The notes under the pieces: model-generated
The model's database searches: none
The model's input: the letters and a program-made list of their open reading frames with translations, nothing else
Told to the model about the DNA's origin: nothing
Assembly (NCBI RefSeq): GCF_001194135.2
Contig: NC_068986.1
Location: 71,758,335 to 71,822,334, forward strand
Reading direction: 5' to 3'
From: Octopus bimaculoides
Taxonomy: Eukaryota
Length of the DNA: 64,000 nt
Program-made: the position numbers and the translations under genes
Part shown: positions 1 to 12,034 of the stretch, one piece after another
How the letters are laid out: every line of letters starts with the position of its first letter
How positions within the stretch are numbered: position 1 is the stretch's first letter

Positions 1-665
1 GACGAATTCTTTCGTTTTTCAAATCGATTGAAAAGAAAGCCTTGATATGAGAGAAAGAAATGATTACAGGATAGAATATCATACTATAGTTATATGAATG
101 TGTGTGTGTGTGTGTGTGTGTGCATGCGTGCGTGTGTGCGTTTGCGTGTGTTTGCGTTTTTGTAGATCTACACCGTACGACAAGGAACATGAAATTCTTT
201 AATCAACTGAATCACCTGCTTCTAAATTTATATCTAAATGGCCAAACATTTCGCAGACAAGCGTACCTGAAGCATAATCATGGAGCAAAATCAGTGTGAC
301 GCAGAATGTAACACGGCTGCATTTTGTTTTTATTACATGTACAATACAATCAACGGGCTCCTTTACAGTTTCCTGTTTACCCAATATCAGTCACAATATA
401 TGGATCGACCTGAGGTAACAGAAAATGCAGTTTGCCCTCGATGCTACGCAGTGATATCGAACCTAGCCGCGAAGTAATCTTTTTAATCATTCAGTCATAT
501 GGGCCCGCCCCCTCCACACACACACTCGCAGGTATGAAAATATGTGCACACCTCACATATAATTATACACGTATATTACACATATATGCTATGTGTGTGT
601 GTGCTGGATTGTGTCAATGTATGTATGTATGTATGTATGTACGTATGCGTGTGTATGTATATAAG

Positions 666-699
<34 letters not shown>

Positions 700-2759
700 T
701 TCAAAAGCTGCAATATTAGGCTTTGCTGGATTCTCCTTTCACTTTGCACAGGAAACGCCAATAACAAATTCACTTCATTTCATTGTTTTCAAAGACTTGA
801 AAATTTATTTTTTAATTTTAAAACGTTGCAGAAAGAATAACAAAAACTGTCAAATGATGAACGAATTCGAAGAGAAAACAGCCATTCGAATTGTATCAAC
901 ATATGCTTGTACATTTTAGGCCAATGGCATGTCCAGAACAAGCTGACAGAATACGTTACCTGTATTAATGAACAATGAAAGAAAGTGCATATGACCTGTG
1001 AAGGATAAATTACTGGTGAGGCAAACATTGCAGTATAACTTATCTCAACTAAGACAAAACAAGCTTCCCTAGCTCTTGCCCACAACTTATCTAGAGATGG
1101 TGTCTCAGTAAAAAACGCTGACGGTAGGCATGCTAAAATCTCAAGATATCTTTAGTCATGGTTATATACCCTCACAGAAATGGTGTCTCGAGACTTAAGT
1201 TTAAAACCCAAAGGCGTCTCTGATGAAGGTTTCTCGTCCGCTGAAATCTTTGTATGGCATTTCATTGCGTATCCTACAACCACGATAAAGGTTTGGTGGA
1301 CCGCATTTGTTTCTTGTTTCTTGGAGTTTTATTTCTAAAACTTTAAACATCGAATGAATTCGAACATTATCGTGGGGGTGATATTTCTGGCGAATCAAGA
1401 AGAGGTACACGAAAGAGATGACTCAAGAAGTGAGTGTAATTTTCCTTCTCAAAACGACTCCCTCATCTCATTCACAAAAGATGTGTTTGTCACGTTGCCA
1501 GTTAACGATACAACAACGGCTCTCATGGATAGATCGGATGAAAAAAAGAATATTTATAATATGATATGAAGATCAACAATTACTACAATTTGTTGAAGAA
1601 AAGTAAAAAAAACTTAACAAAAGCAGCAATGATAGTGAAATATAGAATACGAGTAAGAATAAGAACAAAACACTAACTCCTCCAGCAACATTAACAACAG
1701 CATATACACCATGATCAAAATTCCGCCACCAAGTTAACGACTACGACACTTATAACAAACATCACCACCATAATCACAACGGCAGAAAAATATGAAAGCC
1801 AAGCTAGCAAAGTATCCCGCAGCATAACTTTTGCTATTGTTGCAATTAACGCTGCAAATACCATTCCATACACTATCACTGCTATGACCGATTTCGCCAT
1901 CTTTGAAAGCAATATCGCAGCAGCAGCAATGGTGACTTCTGTATAGTAAAAGAGTTTCAAAGAATGGGTCTTTGTAAGAAGACCATAGAACTTGTTAGAG
2001 AGGAAAGACAGAGTAATCACTCTCGCCATTCTACAGGCGATAAAAGAAGATACCACATATATACTGGTATATTGGCACAAAACAACAGCGACTAGAAAGA
2101 TCAGCAAATATGCAGGTGTAAAGGTCACTGAAGGCAGTACGGACAAAAAAGCTCCATCTTTCATGGCTGACTGTGTAGGATTGTGAAACAGTAGGATTGT
2201 GATCTCCTTCTTGACCATGTGTCTAGGCCATAAAATATATCTCCATACATAAATCGGCAAATAGAGAAAGTGAATGTGATGCTACTAGAAATAGGTATCT
2301 AGTGGTGGCCATTTTTAGCAACGAAAATATATTAGCGATCCTGTAAGTTCGCAGCCTAAGCGATTCAATCAGAAAAGGTTCATGATGATCTCCGACTGCT
2401 TGAGCTGAGAAACTGCACAGAGCTGTAGAAGACAAGACTTAGTTTCCATATATGTGACACCAACAACCACCAAGGTGTTGTTTGCCAATATAAAAGGCCA
2501 CTAGCAAGAAGGCTTTCACAGATAACAACACTAAAATGACGACAATTGCAAAACTAACATCAACGACAACATTAGCAGTAAGAACAACAGCTGCAGAAAC
2601 AATATGGCAAAAATATAAGCAATAAATACAACAGAACTCTAAAAACAATAACATAACTGTAGTAGAGTCCAATGGCAAAATCTTGATGAATAGTTCCTCC
2701 ACGAACTGTTGCAACAAAAACAAAGCCCTGTAAAGCAAATTCCACTAGCACAAAATGCA

Positions 2760-3640
2760 TGAGCATATACGTGCTTACGCACAAATACCTCCACCTTTTG
2801 TCTCGAAAATCAATTTCTCTGAAGTCTTTTGTCAGCCAATGTAGACCATTGTCGAGGCGAAGAGGAAAATAATGACAACAAAATGCCCGATCTCGCCTAA
2901 AGAGGGAACGTTAGATAGGGCATAAAATTCATCGACCCCTCTCTGAAGAGGGTAATTAGCCTAAAATCGATAAGGTTTAGCGAAAAAGTAACTATAAAGA
3001 AAATAACTTATAGATGGCACTTGTGGAACAAATATAAAGAAGAGATAGAGAAAGAGTGTGTAACCAACATCCCAGCGGCGAGAATGACTCCCAATTTCTT
3101 TTTCAATGTAAAGCGAATCAGAAACTCTGCGCTGTAAGAGATATACCATAAGGGCTCGAATTGTGCAGGTGCGGCGAAGCAACGATCCATAATTCGGAAT
3201 TTTAAGGCAACAGAGAATAGATTCCAAGCTGATATATATGGCTTCCCAGCCGTATTTAGCGCGAGTGTTCATGGCTGGCGATAAACAGATGGTTGTAGAG
3301 TTAAGTACTCCTTTTGACAGTCTGCACTTGACAAATGACATTGAGTGCCGCAAAAAATCTATTTCAGGAGCTAAGATACACTTTGCGTGAACTGATTGTG
3401 TAGGTGCAAATCGTCTTATTCTATGGTCTACGGTACAAACTTTAGGTATACACCCTAAACATGTTCACCCACGGTTTGGAAAACCGGCAGTAGTACTGGA
3501 GAACTCCTACTTCTAAGAGCAGAGAATTAGTAGCATGACTGAGGTAGGACATGAGAAATGTGATTGGTAAATTCCGTTCCATAAGTATGATAACTGCAGA
3601 CTTCATGATTGTTGGTGCTTGTCATGGCAGAACACAGTAT
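2760..3640 (-). mobile_element. Decayed Penelope-like element (RT and GIY-YIG remnants)
   Basis: Frameshifted minus-strand remnants occur in the expected order: GSSPVLLPVF (resembles MGSPLSPVLAN), a DDL remnant of YVDD, TIRALMVYLLQRRVSDSLYIEKEIG...GY (thumb), then TMVYIG (GIY-YIG second motif). Many stops. Confidence 0.55.
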
Positions 3641-3694
3641 TGCTCGGTGTCATCTATTTAAGATACCTTTCACTTCATTGAGTAACAGTGGGTA

Positions 3695-3769
<75 letters not shown>

Positions 3770-3781
3770 ATTATTATTATT
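3695..3781. repeat. (ATT)n microsatellite
   Basis: Direct reading. Confidence 0.97.
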
Positions 3782-4317
3782 CAGTGAGAGAGCAGTGGAT
3801 ACCATCAAAGTGACACTGGGATACAATTTACGAAAGCCAGTATACCTTCATGACTACCCGTCTGAAAAGGGGATACCAGGCACATGCATCACAACCATAT
3901 GTGCGCAACATGGTGATCTCATATCAAGATAAACAGCGCATGACCTTGGAAGTGGGGCCCGGTGAGAATTTTCTTCAGGCTGAGTAGCCCAACCCACTCA
4001 AAGAGACCCTGAATAAGGGTCGTATGAGGTTGACGAACGAAACACACGTTTCCAGAGATGAAGTATTCAAACCCCAAAGAATTCCTTTCAACATATGGTT
4101 GTGATGCTCCCCCACTACACCTGCTCGTGATCAGAAGTGCACATATCATCAGCAACTAAGAGATATTCCCAACTGGTTATGGTCAAGGAATCGACAAGTA
4201 AATCTGTGGCACTGAGCAGAATTCTTTTATACCAAGACAAAACATGTACATGATAACATTTCCAATCAGTTAAGATCAAGAAGCCAAGATAGGCAGTGCC
4301 TGGTAGCGCATTAAGGC

Positions 4318-4318
<1 letters not shown>
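3782..4318 (-). mobile_element. ~520-bp non-coding interspersed element, copy 1
   Basis: Colinear with 10667-11193 and with the reverse complement of 43349-43853 (e.g. CCATCAAAGTGACACTGGG, CATATGTGCGC, CTGCTCGTGATCAGA). Strand is assigned by analogy with (AAT)n 3' tails. Confidence 0.85.

Positions 4319-4319
<1 letters not shown>

Positions 4320-4402
<83 letters not shown>
4320..4402. repeat. (ATT)n microsatellite
   Basis: Direct reading. Confidence 0.97.
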
Positions 4403-4407
4403 TTATT

Positions 4408-4450
4408 GAGGTGGCGTGCTGACAGAATTGTTAGCATGTCGGAGAAACCA
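4408..4450 (+). mobile_element. tRNA-like SINE family A, 5' fragment
   Basis: GAGGTGGCGTGCTGACAGAATTGTTAGCATGTCGG matches the head of the full copy at 7813-8033. Confidence 0.65.
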
Positions 4451-5821
4451 CAGACTACACAGCTCCAACTAGACCTATGCATGACAACTTGAAGTAATAC
4501 ATCTTAGAGAGAGTGGAAAGTGAATTTGCCTTTCGCAGGCCTTAGATTAGCTTGGATCAATCAATAGAAAGCATTTCAACAGGCTCCACAAACATCACTT
4601 AGCAGCTCTCCACAAGCCAGCTGGTTTCTGCCTCATCTTGAAGGGCTGGATCGCGTCAGTGATCTGGTTAAACAGCCACCAATTGAAACCGTCTCAGGTT
4701 ACACCCTTGGTCCGTGAAGGGTATTCGTTCTCACTCCTTCAGCATTTACCGAAGTAAATCGAGTGCCTAGCACCAATCTAAAAGGATGCAAAAGTTTGTC
4801 AGGAACGAAATGAATCAAGACAATTCAGTGGGCATGCAGTGCAGTCTCTGATATCCTCGAGGGACTTTGGTCGTTAACGAAACTCAACTGTTTGGAGAAC
4901 TTTTAGCCAGTGTTCCATTTAATAGTAATTAATTTGTCGTCCTTGACACTTATTTGGGAATACGAATAATGAGGGTGAAAATATTTCGTGTATGGCACCA
5001 AAGTTGGACGCGTTGTAGGATGTATCGTGCATCATACACGAAGAAAGTGACTCTTTTCAACATTAAATGCTATAGAAAGGAGAATTGATCCGGAATAGAA
5101 ATGGAGATCCTATTACAAATGAAACAAAAATGCCTGGGAAAGATCCCCAAGATAATTCAACTGCTGAATGGGACAGAACTCCACGTTACAGTTAAGGTCA
5201 GAAGTCCCGGGTGTCATATATTTGATGCCAAGTATCTGTAAGCATTCTGCCCTCAACAGAAAGCGAAAGCCACGACTTCCAACACCACAAATTCATCAAC
5301 AGCGTATAACTAACACCAATACAGACAGTTATAGCAGCAGCAGCAGCAGCGATTGACTAATACAAGAAAACCAACATCATAGATAAAAAGAAAGTACCAG
5401 CAACCATGGCAGCAGCACCAGTAAGAGAAGCAACATCGTAACATCGTAACATCTACAACATTATAACATGGGCAACACAAGTCCCCAACACGAATACATT
5501 ACAACAAGACGCACCTCTTCTCCTTTAGATCACTCCGACATGGTCTTGTGGGGAGAGCGATGAGGATGAGAAATGGGTCCCAGTAATGAGCCATAGTAAA
5601 TAGAAAAAGCTGGAAGATTTGAAGGGAGGATATTTGAAGAGAGTACAAAACTAGCACAACCCCGCCCCCACCTCATTTTCACCACAGATAGCATGCCCAA
5701 CGCAAGCGCAACAAGAAGCACAACCCAGTTTACACCCAAATTAACATCAGAAAACGAACATCATAAATCACGCAGCCACAGACACAAACAAGAAATAATT
5801 AATAAACCACACAACCAAAAA

Positions 5822-5990
5822 TTTGAGCTCAATTTTGTCTTTCATCATTCGGGGTCGATAAAACAAATACCATCGCAGTTGGTGTCGACACAATCAGTTT
5901 ATCCCACCCACTAAAATTACTGGCGTTGTACCAAATTTGAAACAAGTATTATTTTTACCAAGGCCGCAAGCTGTCAGAATAATTAGAATT
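5822..5990 (+). mobile_element. SINE family A, 3' half followed by another head fragment
   Basis: TTTGTCTTTCATCATTCGGGGTCGATAAAACAAATACC...CCAAATTTGAAAC, then AAGGCCGCAAGCTGTCAGAATAATTAG. Confidence 0.7.
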
Positions 5991-6249
5991 TGACAGAATA
6001 GAGTGGCGATCAGAATTTCATAGTTATTGTTTTAATTTTATCCCTATATATTCTGCGTTCAAATTTCGCCGTTCGAAAGTCAAAGCTCATTCTGCCTATT
6101 ACATAAGTACCAACAAATTTATTATTGGAGTCACAGTTAAGCAAAAGAGTAGAGTAAATAACGAGACTCCTCAGGAACTAATGGGCTGGTTAATTTAGTT
6201 TCTGTTTCATTATCTTCCCCTTTAACATGGCATGTCAGTTGCTTTGCAA

Positions 6250-7650
6250 CTATTGTGGCTGCTTTATATATAGTGTCTCTAGTATGGAATAATATGGAAT
6301 ACTAGCAAATGATTTTCATGATTAATATATCCCATACTCTAGTTTGTTTACAAAAATATTTCGTCTGCAAATAGCAGCATTTCATATCCATACATCCTTT
6401 TCCGGAGCCCATTTTGCCCTCTTGTTAATATGCTATTGCTCTCCAGAGAAAATTCCCGGCCTGTTACAGAGTGTGGGTTATAAGACCTTTGAATGTTGTT
6501 GGTAGGTACAATGTGTTTGGCAGTGCGGGGAGTATCTGTTATTTTTGCTTTCTTATCTATTATGATGAGACATGATCGTGATCCTCCTATATGTTTCTAA
6601 TTCCTTTTTTTTATGGATTGTGCTTTGTTTTATACACCTAGAAGACTTTAACATTTTACGAAGCGACTTATATTGCCTGTAGGGGGAGAGAGATTTGTTT
6701 AAGCTTTCTGTTTACTCTCAAAGTATTTTCTTTCTTTTTTGATATTGTACTTTTTATTTGGGATCTCATCGTTTTCTCTTTTTAATGCTGAATCTCCCTT
6801 ATACCAATTTACTGAGAAAGGTTCTTTCCTTTCTTGTGAATTCCATGTAGTATTTTCCATTATCATTTTTTAGTCTGGAATTTTGTTTAAGATCTGACTC
6901 CATTAGGATCAAGCTCTTGTATCCTAAACACTAATTTATCTACTGATTAGATCACATCATTGAGTCGATCGATAGTCGGGTAGTTACTGATGTGCACACA
7001 TTTTCTTATTCTGTGCTTGCTGTTCACGTGTAGCTTGGATAGTAGTTTAATATGTTTCCTGATCATCGATTTTGTTATGTTCTCTTCTATCTTATTTATT
7101 GTTTTTGTTAGGTCATTCCATTGTCAAATGTGATTGCTCTGTTGTGATGTTTGTTTCAATTTTATTTGTTGGTAGACGGGGAAGGAGTCGAGAGAATGTT
7201 TAGTATGTAGTTCTTTCTTTGCGTCTATTTTTGATTTGCTGTAACGCTTTATTTCTCGCTTGTGTTCTAAATTCTTTACTATATTCATTGTATTTCGGGA
7301 GCTCATTTATTGTATGTGTAATCGTCTGTATTCTGTGCCTTTCTTTCTGTTTTTTTTTTAATGTTTTGTTTTGTATATGATGAATTCTGTTGTGACAGAT
7401 GCATTGATTTGTGGTAGGTAATTTGTTTGTGTTGAGGATTTTGTTATATTTCCAGTTTGTATTCTTTTTGAAAGTTGCTCAATTTCAATTTTTGAAATCT
7501 TGCTATTGTTTGTAATAAATCTTTGTGTATTCAAAATATTTGCCTTCCATCCACTGCTTTTTTTTTCCTATTCATAACTAATGTGACTATTTTTATAAAG
7601 CTTTTAAGTTTTGGATGTAGTATTACTGTATATTACGTGTATATCATCTG
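6250..7650 (-). mobile_element. Decayed R4/Dong-like LINE, N-terminal RT region
   Basis: Minus-strand remnants LPTTFK and SNSILTRGQNGLRKRMYGYEMLL resemble RLE-LINE RT domains (ITCLPT.YK; NNILP.EQKGC..GSYG). Confidence 0.7.
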
Positions 7651-7658
7651 AGTTTAAA

Positions 7659-7797
7659 GTCAACCAGGGTTGAATTTGCCTTTCATCTTTTCGGGGTCGA
7701 TAAAATAAGTATCAGTCAAGTACTGGAGTCGATTTAGTTTACTTTCCCTTTCCCCTCAAATTTGTTGGCCTTAATCCAAATATTAGAAAGAATATTA
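7659..7797 (+). mobile_element. SINE family A, 3' half
   Basis: GAATTTGCCTTTCATCTTTTCGGGGTCGATAAAATAAGTATCAGTCAAGTACTGGAGTCGAT...TTAGAAAGAATATT. Confidence 0.85.
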
Positions 7798-7812
7798 GAT
7801 ATAAACCACTTT

Positions 7813-8033
7813 AATATTCTTTTCTACTCTAGGCAAAAGAGCTTGAAAGTTGGGGGAATTGGGCCAGTCGATTATATCGACCACAGCACGCAACTGGTAC
7901 TTAGTTTATCGACCGCCGAAAGGATGTAAAGCAAAGTCGACCTCGGCGGAATTTAAACACAGAACGTAAAGACAGACGAAATACCGCTAAGAATTTTGCC
8001 CGGCGTGCTAACGTTTCTGTCAGCTCGCTGCCT
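7813..8033 (-). mobile_element. SINE family A, near full length (tRNA-like head)
   Basis: Reverse complement AGGCAGCGAGCTGACAGAAACGTTAGCACGCCGGGC...GTTTAAATTCCGCCGAGGTCGACTTTGC, with A-box-like and B-box-like segments of a Pol III promoter. Confidence 0.9.
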
Positions 8034-9149
8034 TATAAACCACTTTAATATTGTTTTAATTCGTTTAATGTCCCATTTTGATATTTTGATTTCGGATTCT
8101 GACAGGCATTTCTGCTTGGATTTAGAATTTTGAGAGGGCACCGTATTTAAAATATATGTTATATGACTCTCGTATTATGATTGCAATAAAATCACGGAAC
8201 GAAATTTTTCATACATGTTCGTCTGGTTGATAGTGTTTCTGTTGCTGAATGATTTAATTACTGACGTCGTTTACTATTTTCAAAAACCGTAGGCTTTAAC
8301 TTTATTTCTATTTTTCTTTCTTTTGTATTCAAAAGTAAATTACCAATTGTTTCTATTAAAAACTTCGATTTGTTTCGTCATGTCTGGACATTCTATCTCA
8401 TTTTCGTGCGAGCACAATTATGTGTGTGCGTTTCTTTATGTATGTGTGTTATTTAAACAGAAAATTTTGCGCATAATATTCACAAGTATCAGTTGTACAT
8501 ACCGGGATAGTTTCGTTATTTATAGTTTTTCAAAAGTTCATTTCTAATTTGTTCTATATGCTTGTTTTCTTCACTCACATGTTTCATATTATTTTAACAA
8601 TATATTTTGTCTGAAATCATGCTCTATAATATATAGAATTAGTATCAGTTGTATGTAATGAGATCCATACGAAAGGAATTTCTTCATTTGCCTCTAAATT
8701 TTAGTCTTGCTCATGTTACTGTATTTATTTCAGAGTTTATGCGAACTAAATTTATATGTTCTTGTTATTGGAAATTTTTTTATTAACTTTGACGGCTGAT
8801 TTGCAGAATCAGAAAAGTAGCGGAAAAAAGACTGTGCTTTACTTAGTTACAAGCCCTGACAATCTTTGGTCAATGTTAAAATTAATTATTTTCATTATCT
8901 TAGATACTCATAGTTTGAGAAATCTAAACTTTCTTTTCATATATCACATCTTGGAAATTATGAGTCGTGATAATTCCTCGCAATATTTAGAAATTTTTAG
9001 AGTATTTTTATGTCTGCACTCATGTATTTCTTAATTTATGGAAGTGATTAGGATTTACATGATGAGAACGTTTCTAAACGACATAAAGTTTTAGCTCAAA
9101 ATTTAAGTTGTAATTTTTTAACTAATCAATTACATTCTACTTCATTACA

Positions 9150-10140
9150 GTTATTTAGTATTGCATAAAAAAAAAACTTTTGTTATTTGAGACGTAGAAA
9201 ATATTGTGAATCCTATTATGTGCTGTTTAGTGGCATGTCTGTATATATCTGTAGCAACCTTGCCCTGTATCCATTTCTTATAAGCTCGTTCAGAAAGTAT
9301 TTTACAGTGAGAGACTATATGCCGTCTTATCTCTTTCACAATACATTCTACATTCAGCCGAAATGTCTTCCTTATTTCTGTTCTTCCTGACGTATCACGT
9401 CTGTCTCTCTCTTTAACAACCATTTCATTAGCCATTGAAGTTACCTCTGATCTCAATTCTCTTGACTACTTTAAGAAACCCTTCCCTCACCTAACTACTC
9501 TCTTTTTTGTAACCAGAAGTGTCTCTTCGCTCTCAGCAACGTTTGCTTAAACTATATTTTTACTTCCACAAAATTTTCTGCGCTTATCAATCCTCTTCTT
9601 TCATTTTGTCAGTTAAAAATAAAATCTTTCGTGGGTGTAAGTTACTGAGTATCATCAGCAATATCTTCTTTTGCCGATCTACGTTCTGAACGTCTTCTTT
9701 TGTTCACTTGGTTATTCCTTAGTGGTACATTGTGATGCATACAGCTCTTCAGATTATTGCATTGATGGCATTTATTTCGAAAGTGTAGATTTTAGTAACC
9801 TTCTAACTCTTTAATTCCATCTTTCATTATTCTATGCTTTTTGTCATCAGCTTCCAAGACTCCCAGATATTTATAGCCATCATTTGTGTCAATTGCTCAC
9901 TTCTCGTTAAGCAGAACTATTCAGTAAATTTAATAGTATTGCACTTTCTCCATTTCAGGTATTCCATACTTGGAAGTAGCACACTGCATTCTGATACTAT
10001 TGTTAAGTATTCACACAGTAGTGACAAAGGTATACAATTCCTTCTCGGTCTTACCATAAAATTTTGTGTCATAAATGTACAGCATAAAGTTAACTGTGTC
10101 CTGGTCTTTTCCTAGGATATATCCATTTTCTTTTGCTCAG
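9150..10140 (-). mobile_element. Decayed R4/Dong-like LINE, RT C-terminal domains
   Basis: Minus strand GYILGK...VNFMLYIYDTKFYGK (resembles HLLYMDDLKLYGK) and DGYKYLGVLEADDKK. Confidence 0.8.
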
Positions 10141-10392
10141 TTATAGGATGAGTGGTATAACAGCAATAACAAAAAGTAAAGATGATACTCTATCACCTAG
10201 GATATTTCAACAGGTGTCTACCTGCTGTTATTTCCACTTCCCGATTTCCCATGCATACTCATATCACTTCACTGATATTATTTTGAGTATTTTGAGTATT
10301 CTGAGTGTCTTCAAAATTTAAGAATAATGGATTATATCATCATATTTTATGAGGTCAATTTGTCTTTTTCTTATAGTTTCATATAATGAGAA

Positions 10393-10566
10393 CCGTTAGT
10401 ACACCGAGTAGAATGCTTAGCAACATTTTATGTCTTTACGTTCTGAATTCAGATTCCGCCGAGATCCACTTTGCCTTTTGTCCTTTCAGAGTCAATGAAA
10501 TTTATACCTCTCGAGTTCTAGGGTCGATGTAATCTACTTCCGCTTCTACTCCAAAACTGTTGGTCC
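10393..10566 (+). mobile_element. SINE family A
   Basis: CCGTTAGTACACCGAGTAGAATGCTTAGC...GATTCCGCCGAGATCCACTTTGCC...GGGTCGATGTAATC, ending in (ATT)n. Confidence 0.8.
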
Positions 10567-10647
<81 letters not shown>

Positions 10648-10666
10648 CATCATTATTATTATTATT
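10567..10666. repeat. (ATT)n microsatellite
   Basis: Direct reading. Confidence 0.97.
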
Positions 10667-11193
10667 GAATGAAAGAGCAGTGCATGCCATCAAAGTGACA
10701 CTGGGGTAAAATATACGAAACCCAGAATACCCAGCATCACTACCCGTATGATAAGGGTAAACCAGGCACATGCATCAAAACCATATGTGCGCGACATGGT
10801 GATCTCATATCAAGATAAACAGCGCATGACCTTGGAAGTGGGGCCAAGTTAGAATTTTCTTCAGGCCAAGTAGCCCCGTCCTGCTCAAATAAGGATTGTT
10901 TAAGGATGTTAACGAAACACCCATGTTTCCAGAGGTGAATTATCCATACTCCAAAGAATTCCTCTCAACACATGGCTATGATGCTCCCCCACTACTTCTG
11001 CTCGTGATCAGAGATGCACATATCGTCAGCCACTAAGGGAGATGCTCAACTGGTTAAGGTTAAACAACTGACAATCAAATATGTGGTATTGAGCAGAACA
11101 TTTGCTGTAGCCCATCTTTTATACCAAGACAAAACAATGTACATAACACTTCCTATCAGTAAAGATGAGAAACCATGAAAGCCACTACCTGGT
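10667..11193 (-). mobile_element. ~520-bp non-coding interspersed element, copy 2
   Basis: Colinear with copies 1 and 3; (ATT)n on both sides. Confidence 0.85.
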
Positions 11194-11224
11194 AATTATT
11201 ATCATTATTATTATTATTATTATA

Positions 11225-11293
<69 letters not shown>
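11194..11293. repeat. (ATT)n microsatellite (likely tail of the adjacent LINE)
   Basis: Direct reading; abuts the LINE 3' end at 11294. Confidence 0.97.
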
Positions 11294-11294
<1 letters not shown>

Positions 11295-11956
11295 CGTATT
11301 CGTATTTATAATGCTTGTTTTAATTGCAATATTAGTGCACTTCTATGTGCATAAGTTAAGTACAGTGTGTACATTTTTATCTATAAAAATTGCACTGTGT
11401 AATACATGTGCAGTGCCTTACAGTGCTATTTTCTATATTCTATACACAGTAACTCCTGGGATGTTGGTTATGTATTGCATATTTCTTGATCATTTTCAAA
11501 GCATTCATTGTTATTTGGATTGTTTTCTTTAGGCCCCTATAGTCACATTATTTCTATTTCTATATCTATATATTTTTATTATTCTTCCATTACATTTAGG
11601 GGTAGATTATTAGCCGTTGCAATTCACATTTGGATTAGGATTCTTCTTTCCATGGTTCTTGCTTGGTTATCATTAGACTCTCTGTCGGTGTGCATTAGCA
11701 TATCCTAAGGCATAGTTGCTTTGTCACTCTTAGAGATCTCTTTATGTATGTCTATACTACCGCTTCTCTGGTGGAATTTTATAGTGCTTGCATAAGTATC
11801 ATTCTTTCAGGTTCGATAAAACAAAGTACCGGTGGATCACGAAATTGCTTGCCTTGTGCCAAAATTTTAAACCATTATTATAATTATCATTATCACCACC
11901 ATCATCATCATCACTATTATCAGACTAATCGTCATAATCATCTATATCATCATCAC

Positions 11957-12034
<78 letters not shown>

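Noticed and set aside
1209-1252. CTGATGAAGG...GAAA hammerhead-like string
   Set aside because: Stem II is poor, there is no valid stem III or NUH triplet, and stem I is out of register.
1715-2738. Hydrophobic, membrane-protein-like minus-strand ORFs
   Set aside because: They come from the antisense of degenerate AAC/AGC repeats; no family motif, and they do not resemble receptor M2-M4.
2943-2970. CTGAAGAGGG...CCTAAAA hammerhead-like string
   Set aside because: The GAAA core is absent and the string lies antisense within the Penelope-like coding remnant.
7813-8033. tRNA gene
   Set aside because: It has A/B-box-like segments but no cloverleaf and continues into a SINE body shared with many copies.
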